Shown piece after piece: positions 35,380 to 49,053 of a stretch of DNA of 64,000 nt; position 1 is the stretch's first letter; every line of letters begins with the position of its first letter. The stretch covers positions 248,001 through 312,000 of the forward strand of contig NW_024055482.1 in the NCBI RefSeq assembly GCF_902713615.1, read 5' to 3'. A program made the position numbers and the translations under genes. The notes below the pieces were generated by a model. That model did no database searches and was not told where the DNA came from. It was given only the letters and a program-made list of their open reading frames with translations. Source of the DNA: Scyliorhinus canicula (lineage: Eukaryota).

Positions 35380-38040
35380 TGAACAGAACTGGCTTTGTTA
35401 TAGAAGACACAGAGTAATGGTGGAAGGGTTTTTTTTCTGAATGGATATCTGTAACTAGTGGTGTTCAGCAGAGATCAAAGATCTGGAGACAAATGTGGGT
35501 GGTCTGATAACAAGTTTGCGGATGACACGAAATTGGCGGAATTGCTGATTGTGCCGAGGGTGGTCAGAGGGTATAAGTGGGATAGATAGATTGGAGACTT
35601 GGGCACAGAAATAGCAGACGGAGTTTAATCCGGACAAATGTGAGATGATGCATTTTGGAAGATCATATGTGGTTATGAATTATACCGTAAATGGCAGAAC
35701 GCTTGGACCATTAACATACAAAGGGACCTTGGCATGCAGGTCCACAGTTCTCTAGTGGCAACATAGGTGGCCAAGGTGATTATGAAGGCAAATGGCATGC
35801 TTCCCTTCATCAGCCAGGGCATTGAGTGCAGGAGTTGGGAAATCATGTTGCAGCTATATAAAAGTTTGGTTCGGCTGCATTTGGAGTATTGCATGCAGTT
35901 CTGGTCACGACATTATCAGAAGAACGTGGAAGCTTTGGAGAGAGTGCAAAGAAGGTTCACCGGGATGTTGCCTGCTCTTGAAGGTGTTGGCTATGAGGAG
36001 CATTTGAAAAAAACTAGGAATGCTTTTACTGCCAAGACGGAGGCTGAGGGGACACCGGATAGAGGTCTACAAAATTATGAGAGAATTAGGCAGGTTTGCT
36101 GTCAGAGGCTTTTTTCAAGGATGGAGTGTCAATTACAAGGGGCCACAGGTTTAAGGTGAGAGAGGGAAAGTTTACGGGAGATGTGCGGATAGGTTTTATC
36201 GCGCAGAGAGTGGTGGATGTCTGGTATGCACTGCCAAAGGATGTGGTGGAACCCGGCACATTAGCAACATTTAAGAACTATCTGGATGGATACATGAATA
36301 GGGAGTAAATAGAGGGATATGGACCGAGTAAGGACAGAGGGTTCTTTTTAGACAGGGCACATTGAGCGGCGCAGGCGTGGAGGACTTTGCTGTACTTTTC
36401 TTTGTTCTTTGTACAGTGGTAAGCAGCGTGTCTGTGAAGCCTATTATAGAATAGGGGCTGGTTTAGCTCACAAGGCTCACAAGCTCACAAGGCTAAATCG
36501 CTGGCTTTTAAAGCAGACCAAGCAGGTCAGCAGCACGGTTCGATTCCCGTACCAGCCTCCCCGGACAGGCGCCGGAATGTGGCGACTAGGGGCTTTCACA
36601 GTAACTTCATTGAAGCCTACTCGTGACAATAAGCGATTTTCATTTTCATTTCAGAATCACTACCGTGAAGAAGTGCACCAATCGGTCCATCGAGTCTGCA
36701 CCGACCCTCGAAAGAGCACCCTACCAACAACCACTCCCCCGCCCTTCCCCATAACCCTATGGCCCCATGGAACCGTTAGACTCTAAGGGACAATTGTGCA
36801 CGGCCAATCTACCTAACCTGCCCATCTTTGGACTGTGGGAGGAAACGGAGCACCCGGAGGAAACCCAAGCAGACTCGGGGAGAATGTAGAAACTCCTTAC
36901 AGGCAGTCAGCCAAAACCAAAATCGAAACCAGGGTCGTGGCGCTAAGATGTAGCAGTGCTAATCGCTATTCTCATTGTCAAAGTCGTTCAGCCCTGGAAT
37001 CTTACTAACAACTGCATTGCAGTATTCCCAATGCAGAATACACTGTTCCTGATCTCTGGAATGGAGTAATGAAGGCTGATTTATAAATAGGTTGGATGAA
37101 CTTTCCAACACTTTCCCCCGGAGCTGTCAGCAGTAAAGCGTTCCAGACACCCGCTGCCTCTCAAATCCAAGATTCTTGGTAGTGAGGATGAGCAGAGAGA
37201 TCTCTGTGTCCATGTACATAGATCCCTGAAAGTTGCCACCCAGGTTGAGAGGGTTGTTAAGAAGGCGTACCGTGTGTTAGCTTTTATTGGTAGAGGGATT
37301 GAGCTTCTGAGCCATGAGGTCACGTTGCAGTTGCAGGGGCTGTTTAGCTCACTGGGCTAATCGCTGGCTTTGAAAGCAGACCAAAGCAAGCCACAAACAT
37401 GGTTCGTATTCCCATAACAGCCTCCCTGAACAGGCGCCGGAATGTGGCAATTAGGGGCTTTTCACAGTAACTTCATTTGAAGCCTACTCGTGACAGTAAG
37501 CAATTTTCATTTTTTTCATTTCCGTTGTACATAACTCTGGTGCGGCCGCATTTGGAGTATTGCGTGCAGTTCTGGTCACCGCATTATAGTAAGGATGTGG
37601 GAACATTGGAAAGGGTGCAGAGGAGATTTACCAGGATGTTGCCTGGTATGGAGGGAAGATCTTTTGAGGGAAGATGAGGGACTTGAGGCTGTTTTCGTTA
37701 GAGAGAAGAAGGTTAAGAGGTGACTTAATTGAGGCTTACAAGATGATCAGAGGATTAGATAGGGTGGACAGTGAGAGCATCTTTCCTCGGATGGAGATGT
37801 CTAGCACGAGGGGACATAGCTTTAAATTGAGGGGAGATAGATATAGGACAGATGTCAGAGGTAGGTTCTTTACTCAGAGAGTGGTAAGTGCGTGGAATGC
37901 CCTGCCTGCAACAGTAGTGGACTCGCCAACATTAATGGCATTTAAATGGTCATTGGACAAACATATGGATGTTAAGGCAATAGCGTAGATGAGCTTTAGA
38001 GTGGTTTCACAGGTCGGTGCAACATCGAGGTCGCTGTAAT
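35380..38040 (+). mobile_element. CR1 (HER1-like) LINE 3' parts with inserted SINEs
   Basis: LYKSLVRLHLEYCMQFWS...LERVQRRFT...RRLRGDLIEAYK. SINEs at ~36455-36655, ~36660-36970 and ~37335-37520. Confidence 0.85.
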
Positions 38041-38318
38041 GTTCTATGTTCTAATCCGCTGTCTCAGGATAAAGGTGATATCAAGTCCACCTCACTCACT
38101 AAAGGTCTTCAAAGTAAAGGGAAGTATTCTTTGCTGTTCTGATAAAATCTTGAATGGTGAGCAAGTCCAATGCAGCTCTTACATTAGAATGAATCACAAA
38201 GTACATGGCAGTAAATTAGAAATTGATCTGTGCTTTGCATTAACTTCAATACATTTCTGGTGTTGATTAACATCAGAGTGCAGGATGATCTATAGTTTCC
38301 CCTGTCTGTGTCTCTTAC

Positions 38319-38630
38319 CCGACGAGGCGAGGTTGAGACTTTGGGTGACCTCTTGATGAGTGACCTGGCAGGTATAGACCGCTTTGCTGAACCATTCCCC
38401 AGCGGAGACTGTCAGCCGACTGCTCGCCGAGAAGTTCCCGTTCACTTCACAGGCGGGAGAGGTGACAATTCCTGAACCCACGGATTGTCCATTCTTCAGC
38501 CACTTCACCGTGATTGAATTTGGCTGGAAATCGATGATTGAACAGATGATGGTTGCAAATTTCTGTCTTGTGATTTCTTCATTGGGACTCACGGTGAGGA
38601 GAACATGTGGATGGATGTCATTTCTAGGAA
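38319..38630 (-). CDS. IGHM: IgM CH2 exon
   Basis: [47 protein letters not shown]...[14 protein letters not shown]. 312 nt, phase 1/1; acceptor TTGAAG is the only AG after an in-frame upstream stop; donor G|GTAAGA. Confidence 0.92.
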
Positions 38631-38829
38631 CTTCAAGGACCATAAGTTAGACATTATTGCAGAAGATGTTGTAACAAATAAACTGATTTATTATTTTTTC
38701 ACAGTTACTCTGCGCTCAATATTATTTTCTGGAATCCGAACTGTGTAATGTTCCATAAATGTGTCATAACCAAAGTTATAAATAAATTAATCACAGCGTT
38801 TCTGTTTTCACATGTTCGACAACACTTAC

Positions 38830-39126
38830 GAATTTCAATGCTCTTGTCTGAGCCGCTGTGTCGAACCTCACAGCTGATGTTGCTGCATCCCCCCTCTGAC
38901 TCGGTGATGGTTAACTGGCTGCTCAGGGTGTAGGTTCCCTTCTTGTTTCTCACTGACGGATATTTCTTAACTCCAGTGGTGATCGGCTGCCCATCTTTCT
39001 TCCAGGTAAGGCTGGTGATTTCTGGGGAGTAGTCCATCGCCAAACAGCCGTAGGTCACGGAGCCGTCGGTGTTGTGTTGTTGACAGGAGGAGACCAGACT
39101 GTAGAGAGTGGGCGGAGACGGTGTCG
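38830..39126 (-). CDS. IGHM: IgM CH1 exon
   Basis: [46 protein letters not shown]...[17 protein letters not shown]...[12 protein letters not shown]. 297 nt, CCCAG acceptor, C|GTAAGT donor. Confidence 0.95.
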
Positions 39127-39616
39127 CTGGGAGAGAATGGCCCATTCAACAAGTTAGACTCTATATTTGAGTTTAAGTAACCAAACATTTCAAAATGTGC
39201 CTCAAGCTATGCGTTTATGCTAACATTTCCCCATTAAAAGTTACATCGACATTTAAGCTTCTATTAGTCTGTCATTTGAGATTCATACCTCTTTGCCTCC
39301 TCACTCGGAGCTCACATCTTACTCCTGCTCTCCCACAGGATAAAAAATGGCATTTTGGTGCCATATGAATGGTGTAACGTTTATTAAAATGAAAGAGAAG
39401 CAGGAGGTTTCCCCACTATTTCAACAATGCAAATGGTGCCGTAGTCACGGAGACTGCGCTCTCCTTTTGAGAGCTGACTAGTGGTGCTTTAACCTGAGGG
39501 TCACTATACCTGAGGTGAGTGGCAAGGTTGAGAATGGGGCCCTTTATGAATAAGGTCAGCTGGTACAATAATCGAACCCGCGCTGTTGGGATCGTTCCTC
39601 ATCACGAACCAGCCGT

Positions 39617-39937
39617 CCAGCTAACTGAGCTGTGTACGTCACAATCCAGCTAACTGGGTTGTGTGTACGTCACAATCCAGCTGACTGGGTTGTGTGTACG
39701 TCACAATCTAACTAACTGAGCTGTGTACATCACAATCCAGCTAACTGAGCTGTGTACGTCACAATCTAACTAACTGAGCTGTGGACGTCACAGTCCAGCT
39801 AACCGAGCTGTGTACATCACAATCCAGCTAACGGAGCTGTGTACGTCACAATCCAGCAAACAGATGTGTACGTCACAATCCACCTAACTGAGATGTGTAC
39901 GTCACAATCCAGCTAACTGAGATGTGTACTTCACAAT
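39617..39937. repeat. 29-bp tandem repeat, 11 copies, rich in AGCT and TGACGTA
   Basis: Unit CCAGCTAACTGAGCTGTGTACGTCACAAT, with 27-31 bp variants. Confidence 0.95.
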
Positions 39938-39959
39938 CAGCAGCACTTTGTGATAAAGA

Positions 39960-40730
39960 ACGGTGTGAGGGAGTGAGATAGCGTCCGTCTGTAAGTCAGT
40001 ATGCGTCTCTGGGAGAGAGAGTAGGCGTGGATCTGAGTCTGTCTGTATGTGTTTGCGTGGTAGGGAGAGTATGCATGTGAGAGAGTGTTTAATGGAACGT
40101 GTGTGTGGTAGGGAGTGTGTGAGCGAGATACTGTTTATGTGAGGGATGTTGTGTGAGAGAGACCCTTTGTGTGAGAGTGTGTCTGAGTAAGTGTGTGAGA
40201 GAGACCGAATGTGTGTGTGATAGAGTGTGGGAGAGAGCGGGCGGATGAAAGACAGAGATAAATTGTGTGCGTTTGTCCCTGAGAGTGTGCATGTGGGAGA
40301 GAGAGCACGTGAGAGGATGTATTTTATATGAAGAGGGCATGTGCCTAGCAGAGAGTCTGTGAGAGACGGGTAGTGTGTGTGAGAGAGAGAGTGAGAGAGA
40401 AAATGTGTCGGTAAAAAGGTGAATTTGTGAGAGTGTGTCTGTTTGTAAGAGAGTGTGAGTATGTGCGTCTGTGCTTTCTCCGTCACCATGTGAGTGTATG
40501 GGAGAACGTGATTACATGTTTGTGTTTTGAGAGAGAGTGCGTGTGAGAGACAGAAGCACAGGTGTAATTCATAGTCTGTGCGGGGGTGCGTGAGGGAGGG
40601 AATGTCTAAGAGTGAGAATGTAACTGTGATAGGATGAGTGAGTGTGTGTAAGGGAGAATATGTCAGAGTATGAGTGTGTGTGTGTGTTTGCGGGTGAGAG
40701 AGTGTAATGTGTGTGTGTGTGTCAGGATGG
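39960..40730. repeat. GT/GA-rich low-complexity tract
   Basis: Degenerate (GT)n/(GA)n; explains ORF 39902..40756. Confidence 0.85.
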
Positions 40731-40854
40731 CTCACTCCCAGTTTCCATAGTCTCATTCACCCGCAAACTCCACACATACTCGCATCCACTCTCACGGTGA
40801 GCATAATCCGGCTTGCAGAACATGAGTTGGAGAATCATTTCGGTCTTTGGCAGC

Positions 40855-43525
40855 TGCGGCACGGTCGTATGGTTGCTTCACAGCTCCAGGGTCCGAGGTT
40901 CCCTGGCTTGGCTCACTGCGCGGAGTCTGCACCTTCTCTCCGTGTCTGCGTGGGTTTCCTCCGGGTGCTCCGGTTTCCTCCCACAGTCCAAAGACATGCT
41001 ATGACGTGAATTGGACATTCTGAATTTTCTCTCAGTGTACCCGAACAGGCGCCGTATTTTGGCAACCAGGGGGTTTTCACGGTAACTTCATTGCAGTTTT
41101 AATGTAAGCCTGCTTGTGACAATAATAAAGATTATCGTTATCAAAATGTCGTCCACTGACTTATTGTTAAATAAGAAAGATTGTTAAAATGCGCGTAATT
41201 TCACCCAGCAATGGAACAATTTATTTCCCGATATCTGATTGGATAACTCCAGCTCGTTAGTTCGATGTTCCGCCTACTTGACCTCTGCGGGGAAAGGCTC
41301 TCATGTCAGGTACAGGCCACGTTAAGATATAGAGTAAAATTTCCACCCCATCCCACAAAAGTTCCTGTCTCTTACTGCAAGAATGGAGACACGACATTGG
41401 TTTGATACAAAATGCAACATGGACTCCCTCCAGCGCAGAAGGAGGCATTCGGCCCATTGAGCCTGCACCGACCCTCTGAGAGATCACACTACCTAGACAC
41501 AATTTCTCACCCTATCCCCGTAGCTCCACCTTGGAACAATTTAGCATGTCCAATCCATATAGCATGCATATCTTTAGATTGTAAGAGGAAAGTGCAGCAC
41601 CCGGAAGAAGCCCACACAAACACTGGAAGAATGTGCAATCTCCACCCGAGGTCTGAATCGAACACGGGTCTCTAACACTGAGGCGGCAGTACTAACCCCT
41701 GTGCCACCGCACCTCCGATCTTTAACATTATCACCTAAAGGAACGTCACCACCTACACGTCAGGTCTGTGATTGAAGATTTGGAACTTGCTGCACTGAGT
41801 GAAATTCTAAAAAAACTCAAGAAATTCAACACGGTCGAGGACAAAGCGTCCCGCCAAATTAGCCCCCATTCACCGTCTTAAAAATTCACTCCCCCATCAC
41901 CGACAAGCAGTGGCAACTGTGTCTATGATGTACAAGATGAACTGCAGCAACGTTCCAAGACTCCATCGAAAGCACCTTCCAAATTGCAATGTCAACCACC
42001 TACCGCCGAGGCAGCACGATAGAAGAAGTGGATAGCATTCTGGCTTTACAGCGCCATGGTCACAACTGGATTGCATTCTGGGTCACTGTCTGTGTGGAGT
42101 CTGCACGTTCTCTCCGTGGCTGCGTGGGTTTCGTCCGGATGCTCCTGTTTCCTCCCACAGTCCAAAGATGTGCAGGTTAGGTGGATTGGCCATGATAAAT
42201 GCCCTTAGTGACGAGAAAGTTCAGGAAGGGTTATTGGGTTCCGGGGATAGGGTGGAACTGAGAGCTAAAGTGGGTCGGTGCAGACTCGATGGGCCGAATG
42301 GCCTCCTTCTGCACTGTATGTTCTATGCTGCAGAACGACAGGAACACCAGATGCATGGGAGCACCAGCAATTGGTTGTGCCCTTCCCTGCCACACACTAT
42401 CCACCCTAACTGGAAACTATACTGCCGTTCCTTCACTCTCGTTTGGTCAAAATCCTGGAACACTCTCCATCACAACACTGCGGGTGTACCTGCGCCATAT
42501 GGACTACAGTTATTCAAGAATTATTCAAGTCATCACTTTCTCAATGGGCAATTAAGCAGAGACAACAAATGTTAGTCATACCACAGACTCTACAGTTCCT
42601 GAATAAGATGATCATTAATATTCAGACTAATTGCCCCCTTTCCACTGCCCCAGTAAATAGGTCAAGGACTGGTGCAGCACTGAATAAAATAGAATAAAGC
42701 TCCATCTGCATTGCGTCGTCTAACATTCCAAAGCTAGATACATCAGTGGTTAAAATGTACCCACATCTCCTCCAGTCTGTATTGAGTTTCTTCTTCTATC
42801 AATTTAGAGTACCCAATTCTTCCTGTTTTCATGAAGGGGCAGTTTAGCGTCGCCAAACCAACTACTCTGAACAGCTTTGGGTTGTGGGGGTGAGGCACGC
42901 GCAGACATGGGGAGAATATGCAAAGTCCACACAGACAGTGACCCAGGGCTCGGATCGAATGCGGGTCCTCAGCCCTGGGAGGCGGCAGTGCTAAACACTG
43001 CACCACCATGCCACCCTTGTCTGGTGTTGCTGAGTTGTTCATTATGACTGTCACAATCTGGGGTTCAGAGGCGGCTTAACTAACATAAAGTCAAATTTTC
43101 GCAATCCTCACAGATACACGTTTTTGAAGAAATAAATCAAAGCACAGTCCCTGAAATACGAGACGATGAATTATTCACACTGCTTTATTCTAATTGATAA
43201 GTGGTCAACTTTAGACAACAACAATAACCTCTTTGAAATTAAACTGATATTTATTAAAAACTCCCTTTGCCTTGTAACTAATTCTGTCTGTCCGAACTGT
43301 GCAACATTTATATTGGCTGAAAACAATCACATCAAATATTCTTTTCCAATTAAGGGGCACTTTAACGTGTCCAATTCCCCTATCCTGCACAATTTTGGAG
43401 CCGTGGATCTCCACCTAGACACAGGGTGCACGTGCAACTCCAAAGCGGAGCGACTCAGGACGGAGATCGAATCGAGATTCACGGTGCTGTGAGGCAGCAA
43501 TGCTGCCCACTGCACCACCATGCCA
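40855..43525. mobile_element. Cluster of SINE copies in the J-C intron
   Basis: Copies at ~40855-41140(+), ~41430-41710(-), ~42060-42325(+), ~42770-43015(-) and ~43330-43525(-). Confidence 0.8.
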
Positions 43526-44910
43526 TCCTGTTCCTATTGACGATAACAGATTGCATTCAGTTTAACGTCATTGATAAAGATTCGAAGATATGAAAGAAAC
43601 AAACAAAAGAGTAACCCGATTACCTGATTGACCTAATTTCTTAAGTAAATGTAACCACAAAATAATCGAGACAAAGCACATCATCGGCCTGAGCATAGAA
43701 ATGTATTGCTTTCTAAATTAATTTTGGATACAATAAAAATGTCTCTAAAAGCTGAACTGTAGCATTTATGTTTGATTTGTTCGAACTGTCATTGCATTGC
43801 ACGTTGTTTTTAATTGCCAGTTAGCCTTGTTGGATGATTTGCACTCTATAATAAAAAAATGAAAAATTTATATAATTCAAAGCGAGATCTTGCCAGGAAC
43901 TTTGCTTATAAATTGCGTTTAATTAAATGTCAAGCAATGCTAAACAATAAACCTCAAATAACCGGATGGAAACATTCAGACCTGGATATTTTTAATTAAA
44001 TCTAATAACATTTTTACATTTTACTTTTTGGTAATAATCGTCCTGTTTGAACCTGCAAAAATGTGAAATATGAATATTTCTGAACTCATTGAATTCCATC
44101 TATTCACAGAGTCTAATTCGCACGATAAATCTATAAGCGTCTCGCTCTTTATATATACATAAATATATCTTACTTTCAGCTCGGATACATAAAATATGTA
44201 TATCTATCTATATATATATAATGTGTGTGTGTGTGTATTTCTGACAATAATTTTGACAATCCCGACAACTGAATTATTAAAACTGCTGCTCAATGAAAGG
44301 AGATCCAAAATTAATCTGTGTAAAACACAGTTAAAATTGTTCATTCAGATCCTCTCCAAAACTGAAACGTAATAAGCAAATGGAGCAGAGATTTTGTTGT
44401 TTAATTTAATATTCAATATAAATAAGCTTGAGAATCAGATATAATCTTTTCTTTATTCTGTCATTTGTTTTTACTGTAATTCTCTACTGTGTACAGTACA
44501 GTTATGCCAGACTGGCTGTTGTTAATTATTGCAAAGCTCATATTGGCATTTTCTGATTAAATTAATCTCTTTGAATTTCAAGCTGTTACTTGTCAATCTC
44601 CAGCCCTGTGCAGTCTGAACATTCCTACAATTTAAATAAAATCATTAGAAAAATGTCTTCACTGTCAGCGACTTCCAGATCACAGAAAACTGTTTATGAT
44701 TAGATTAGCGACAATTATCTCACTATCCAACTACAACTGACATTGAAGGAATCATGAATCACAGTGAACAATATGGAATCATATTGTTGTGGCTGCACAG
44801 AAAGAATATAATAACCGGATACATAAGTTGCCAAACTGCAATATAAAATTCCTAATTAAGTAACTGCAAACGTAATCAGGGATCTAAAAATTAATCCAAA
44901 ATCTCTTGTG

Positions 44911-45010
44911 CAACTGAACACCTGTGTAGAATCAGTATGTTATTGTTAAAATAGTTCCAGGCACAATTAGATTATATTTTCAAGCAAGAAAATGTTCCGG
45001 TCATGCAAAT
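44911..45010. promoter_or_regulatory. Candidate intronic enhancer motif cluster (E-boxes, ETS, octamer)
   Basis: CAACTG 44911, CACCTG 44919, TTCCGG 44995 and ATGCAAAT 45003-45010, in a ~1.6-kb tract with no recognisable transposon. Confidence 0.4.
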
Positions 45011-45361
45011 AGTGTGCAGCGTGCAGTAGAATTGTGAAAGGCGATTGCTGATTAATTATATTAATATGAAAACATCTTTGGATAATATGGGGTTATATTA
45101 CCACATTATAATAACTACTCTCCAATTTGAACAATTGTTAAATAAGTAGTATGAGCTTGCAGTAAATTGTTATGTTCTGAATGACGCAATCTTTTGGTTT
45201 AATCATCATAGAATTTACAGTGCAGAAGGAGGCCATTCGGCCCATCGAGTCTGCACCGGCTCCTGGAAAGAGCACCCTACCCAAGGTTAACACCTCCACC
45301 CTATCCCCATAACCCAGAAACCCCACCCAACACTAAGGGCAATTTATCTTGTCCATAATTT

Positions 45362-47030
45362 GGGCAGCACGGTAGCATGGTGGTTAGCATAAATGCTTCA
45401 CAGCTCCAGGGTCCCAGGTTCGGTTCCCGGCTGGGTCGCTGTCTGTGTGGAGTCTGCACGTCCTCCCCGTGTGTGCGTGGGTTTCCTCCGGGTGCTCCGG
45501 TTTCCTCCCACAGTCCAAACATGTGCCGGTTAGGTGGATTGGCCATGCTAAATTGCCCATAGTGTCCTAAAAAAAAGTAAGGCTAGGGGGGCGGGGGAGG
45601 TTGTTCGGTTATGGGTATAGGGTGGATACGTGGGTTGAGTAGGGTGATCATTGCTCGGCACAACATCGAGGGCCGAAGGGCCTGTGCTGTACTGTTCTAT
45701 GTTCTATAATGTTTCCCATGGCAGGTTGATGGAAAAAGTGAAGTCGTATGGGGTTCAGGGTGTGCTAGATGGATAAAGAACTGGCTGGGCAACAGGAGAC
45801 AGAGAGTAGTGGTGGAAGGGAGTGTCTCAAAATGGAGAAGGGTGACTAGTGGTGTTCCACAGGGATCCGTGCTCGGACCACAGATGTTTGTGATCTACAT
45901 AAATGAGCTGGAGGAAGGTATAGGTGGTGTGATTAGCAAGTTTGCAGATGATACTAAGATTGGTGGAGTTGCAGATAGCGAGGAGGACTGTCAGAGAATA
46001 CAACAAAATATAGATAGATTGGAGAGTTGGGCAGAGCAATGGCAGATGGAGTTCAATCCAGGCAAATGCGAGGTGATGTATTTTGGAAGATCAAATTCAA
46101 GAGCGGACTATATGGTCAATGGAAGGGTCTTGGGGAAAATTGATGTGCAGAGATCTGGGAGTTCAGGTCCATTGTACCCTGAAGGTGGCAACGCAGGTTG
46201 ATAGAGTGGTCAAGAAGGCATACAGCATGCTTGCCTTCATCGGACGGGATATAGAGTAGAAGTGTTGGCAGGTCATGTTACAGTTGTATAGGACTTTGGT
46301 TCGGCCACATTTGGAATACTGTCTGCAGTTCTGGTCGCCACATTACCAGAAGGATGTGGATGCCTTGGAGAGGGTGCAGAGGAGGTTCAACAGGATGTTG
46401 CCTGGTATGGAGGGTGCGAGCTATGAAGAAAGGTTGAGTAGATTAGGATTGTTTTCGTTGGAAAGATGGAGGTTGAGGGGGGACCTGATTGAGGTCTACA
46501 AAATTATGAGAGGTATGGACAGGGTGGATAGCAACAAGCTTTTCCCAAGAGTGGGGGTGTCAGTTACAAGGGGTCACGGTTTCAAGGTGAGAGGGGGAAA
46601 GTTTAAGGGAGATGTGCGTGGAAAGTTTTTTACGCAGAGGGTGGTGGGTGCCTGGAACGCTTTGCCAGCGGAGGTGGTAGCGGTGGGCACGATAGCATCA
46701 TTTAAGATGCATCTGGGCAGGTATATGAATGGGCGGGGACAGAGGGAAGTAGACCTTGGAAAATAGGAGACAGGTTTAGATAAAGGATCTGGATCGGCGC
46801 AGGCTGGGAGGGCCGAAGGGTCTGTTCCGGTGCTGTAATTTTCTTTGTTCTTTGCTCTAATCCACGTAACCTGCACATCTTTGGACTGTGGGAGGAAACC
46901 GGAGCACCCGGTTGAAACCCACGCACACACGGGGAGGATGTGCAGACTCCGCACAGTCAGTGACCCAAACCGGAATCGAATCTGAGACCTTGGAGCTGTG
47001 AAGCGATTGTGCTATCCACAATGCTACCGT
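45362..47030. mobile_element. HE1 SINE (+, ~45362-45706), CR1 3' part (+, ~45710-46860) and SINE (-, ~46860-47030)
   Basis: GVPQGSVLGP...SKFADDTKIGG...[13 protein letters not shown]...; SINE V-domains. Confidence 0.9.
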
Positions 47031-47069
47031 GTAATCATCAGTTAAAAAAACACTAATATACCTTTATTC

Positions 47070-48180
47070 CGTTCTGAATTTCCAATGCCTGCTTGTTTTC
47101 TTCCTGTAATCGTGTCTCAAGCAGATTTAAACACGTAGACCATTGGCATTTAACCACAAGTCATGTAACCGCTTAATATCACCGAGCATAAACAATGCAG
47201 AAACTCCAAACCTCTTCACAAATTGTACTTAATCAAAGTCACCCAGACACACATTATCATCAGCAGTTAAACATCAAACTCATCACCGAGGAGTTGAACC
47301 CCGTTTCATGGAGAAGCAGATCAATTCTACATTGAACAGAATAAAACTTTACATTTCAAAAACATCTCAACATCGAATCCAGCTCGCCACCAAATGTATC
47401 AATTTTCAAACTAAATAGAAATCTGTAATAACAGCAATATAATTGTGAGGAGCTGCAATGTGTCCAAAACAAATATTGAAAGTTTACCGCGTTTTATTCA
47501 TATTGGACCATATTTTAAACATATTTAAACACTTAATATTTGCAGTAGCTGTAACCATCAATCTCACCAAGACGAAACATTGCAGAAGCCACAGGCTGCG
47601 ATTGCAGTAATAATTTATGTTCAGAAAGAACGCCTTGAACCCTGCCTTAGTTTAATGTCCAAACTGCTCTAAAATCCTGCTTGTTTTCTGCCGACAATCA
47701 TGCATCAAGCAACTTCAAACATTCCATTCAAAAACATGGAACTGCTCAATGTCACCGAGTTTGAACAATGCAGAAACAATGCAGAAACGGCAAACCGTTT
47801 CAAACATCTTATTTATTCAAAGTCACCCAGATACAATCTATTCATCAGAAAACCACCAAATCACATCACCAAAGGCCTGGGACTCGTTTCATGGAGAAGC
47901 AGCTCAATTCAAAACACTTCCAACAAAATCAAACATAACGTTTTAAGAAATTATCAATCCAGAAGCCACCAAATTCACCTGTCATCAAATGAATGAATAA
48001 TTAAACAGAAACTTAGAAGAATATCATCAGCATTGTGAATACGCAGAACATGTTCAATAAAGTAACACATAAACCTCAGCATATTTTGTTGGGTTCGATT
48101 TCTAACACTTGTGCAGGAGGTGGTAAAACTTGCAGCCACCAGATGTCACCGAGATTAAACATTGCAGAAAAGCTGCGTTG
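47070..48180. repeat. Degenerate local direct repeats in the J-proximal intron
   Basis: ~47070-47350 resembles ~47660-47930. Motif TCACCGAGnnTnAACAnTGCAGAA recurs near 47115, 47560, 47750 and 48145. Confidence 0.7.
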
Positions 48181-49053
48181 GGTATTTAAAATAAGCCGGC
48201 CACACAGTATCCTCAGCAAATAAACACTAAATCACAGCAACCGGGGGCAGCACGGTGGCGCAGTGGTCAGCCCTGTTGCCTCACAGTGCAGAGGTCCTAG
48301 GTTCGATCCCGGCTCTGGGTAATCGTCCGCGTGGAGCTTGCACATTCTCCCCATGTTTGCGTGGGTTTCACCCCCAGAACCCAAAGATGTGCACATAGGT
48401 GGATTGGTCATACTGAATTGCCCCTTAATTGGAAATAAATGAATTGGATACTCTAAAACATTTTTTAAAAAATCATAACAACCATGGACTGAATCCCTGA
48501 GCAGCGACTTTTGTCAAGAGGCAGAGTAATTCTATAACCTTTTTCATCAGAATCGCATGAAACATTGCGACAAAATCCCAATACAGAATCACCAAACCCA
48601 CGATTCAGTGAACGAATTAATTGTTTTTTTAAATTTAGAGTACCCAATTGTTTTTCCAAACAAGCAGCATTTTACTATGGCCAATCCATTTAGCCTGCAC
48701 ATCGTTTGGTTGTGGGGCTGAGACCCACGCAGACACGGCGAGAATGTGTAAACTCTTGCGTGGGTTTCGCCCCCACAACACAACCATATGCACACTGGGT
48801 GGATTGGCCATGCTAACTTGCCCCTTAATTGGAAAAAATGAATTGGGTACTCTAAATTTACTTTTAAAAAAGAGAATATGTAAACTCCACACAGACAGTG
48901 ACCTGGGACCGGGTTTCAATCTCGGACCTCTGCGCCCTGAGATATCAGCTAACAACTGCGCAACCGTGTTGCCCAGAATAAATTGTGAACATACAAAAAA
49001 GTATAAAACTACGACTGAAATAAAACAGTTGGAAATAATTGACTGGTGCTGAC

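Noticed and set aside
39902-40756. 284-aa His/Thr/Leu/Ser-rich ORF
   Set aside because: Low-complexity GT/GA tract.
39127-49053. Additional unrearranged DH/JH segments in the J-C intron
   Set aside because: No RSS-flanked segment or WGxG motif with a donor was found by eye.
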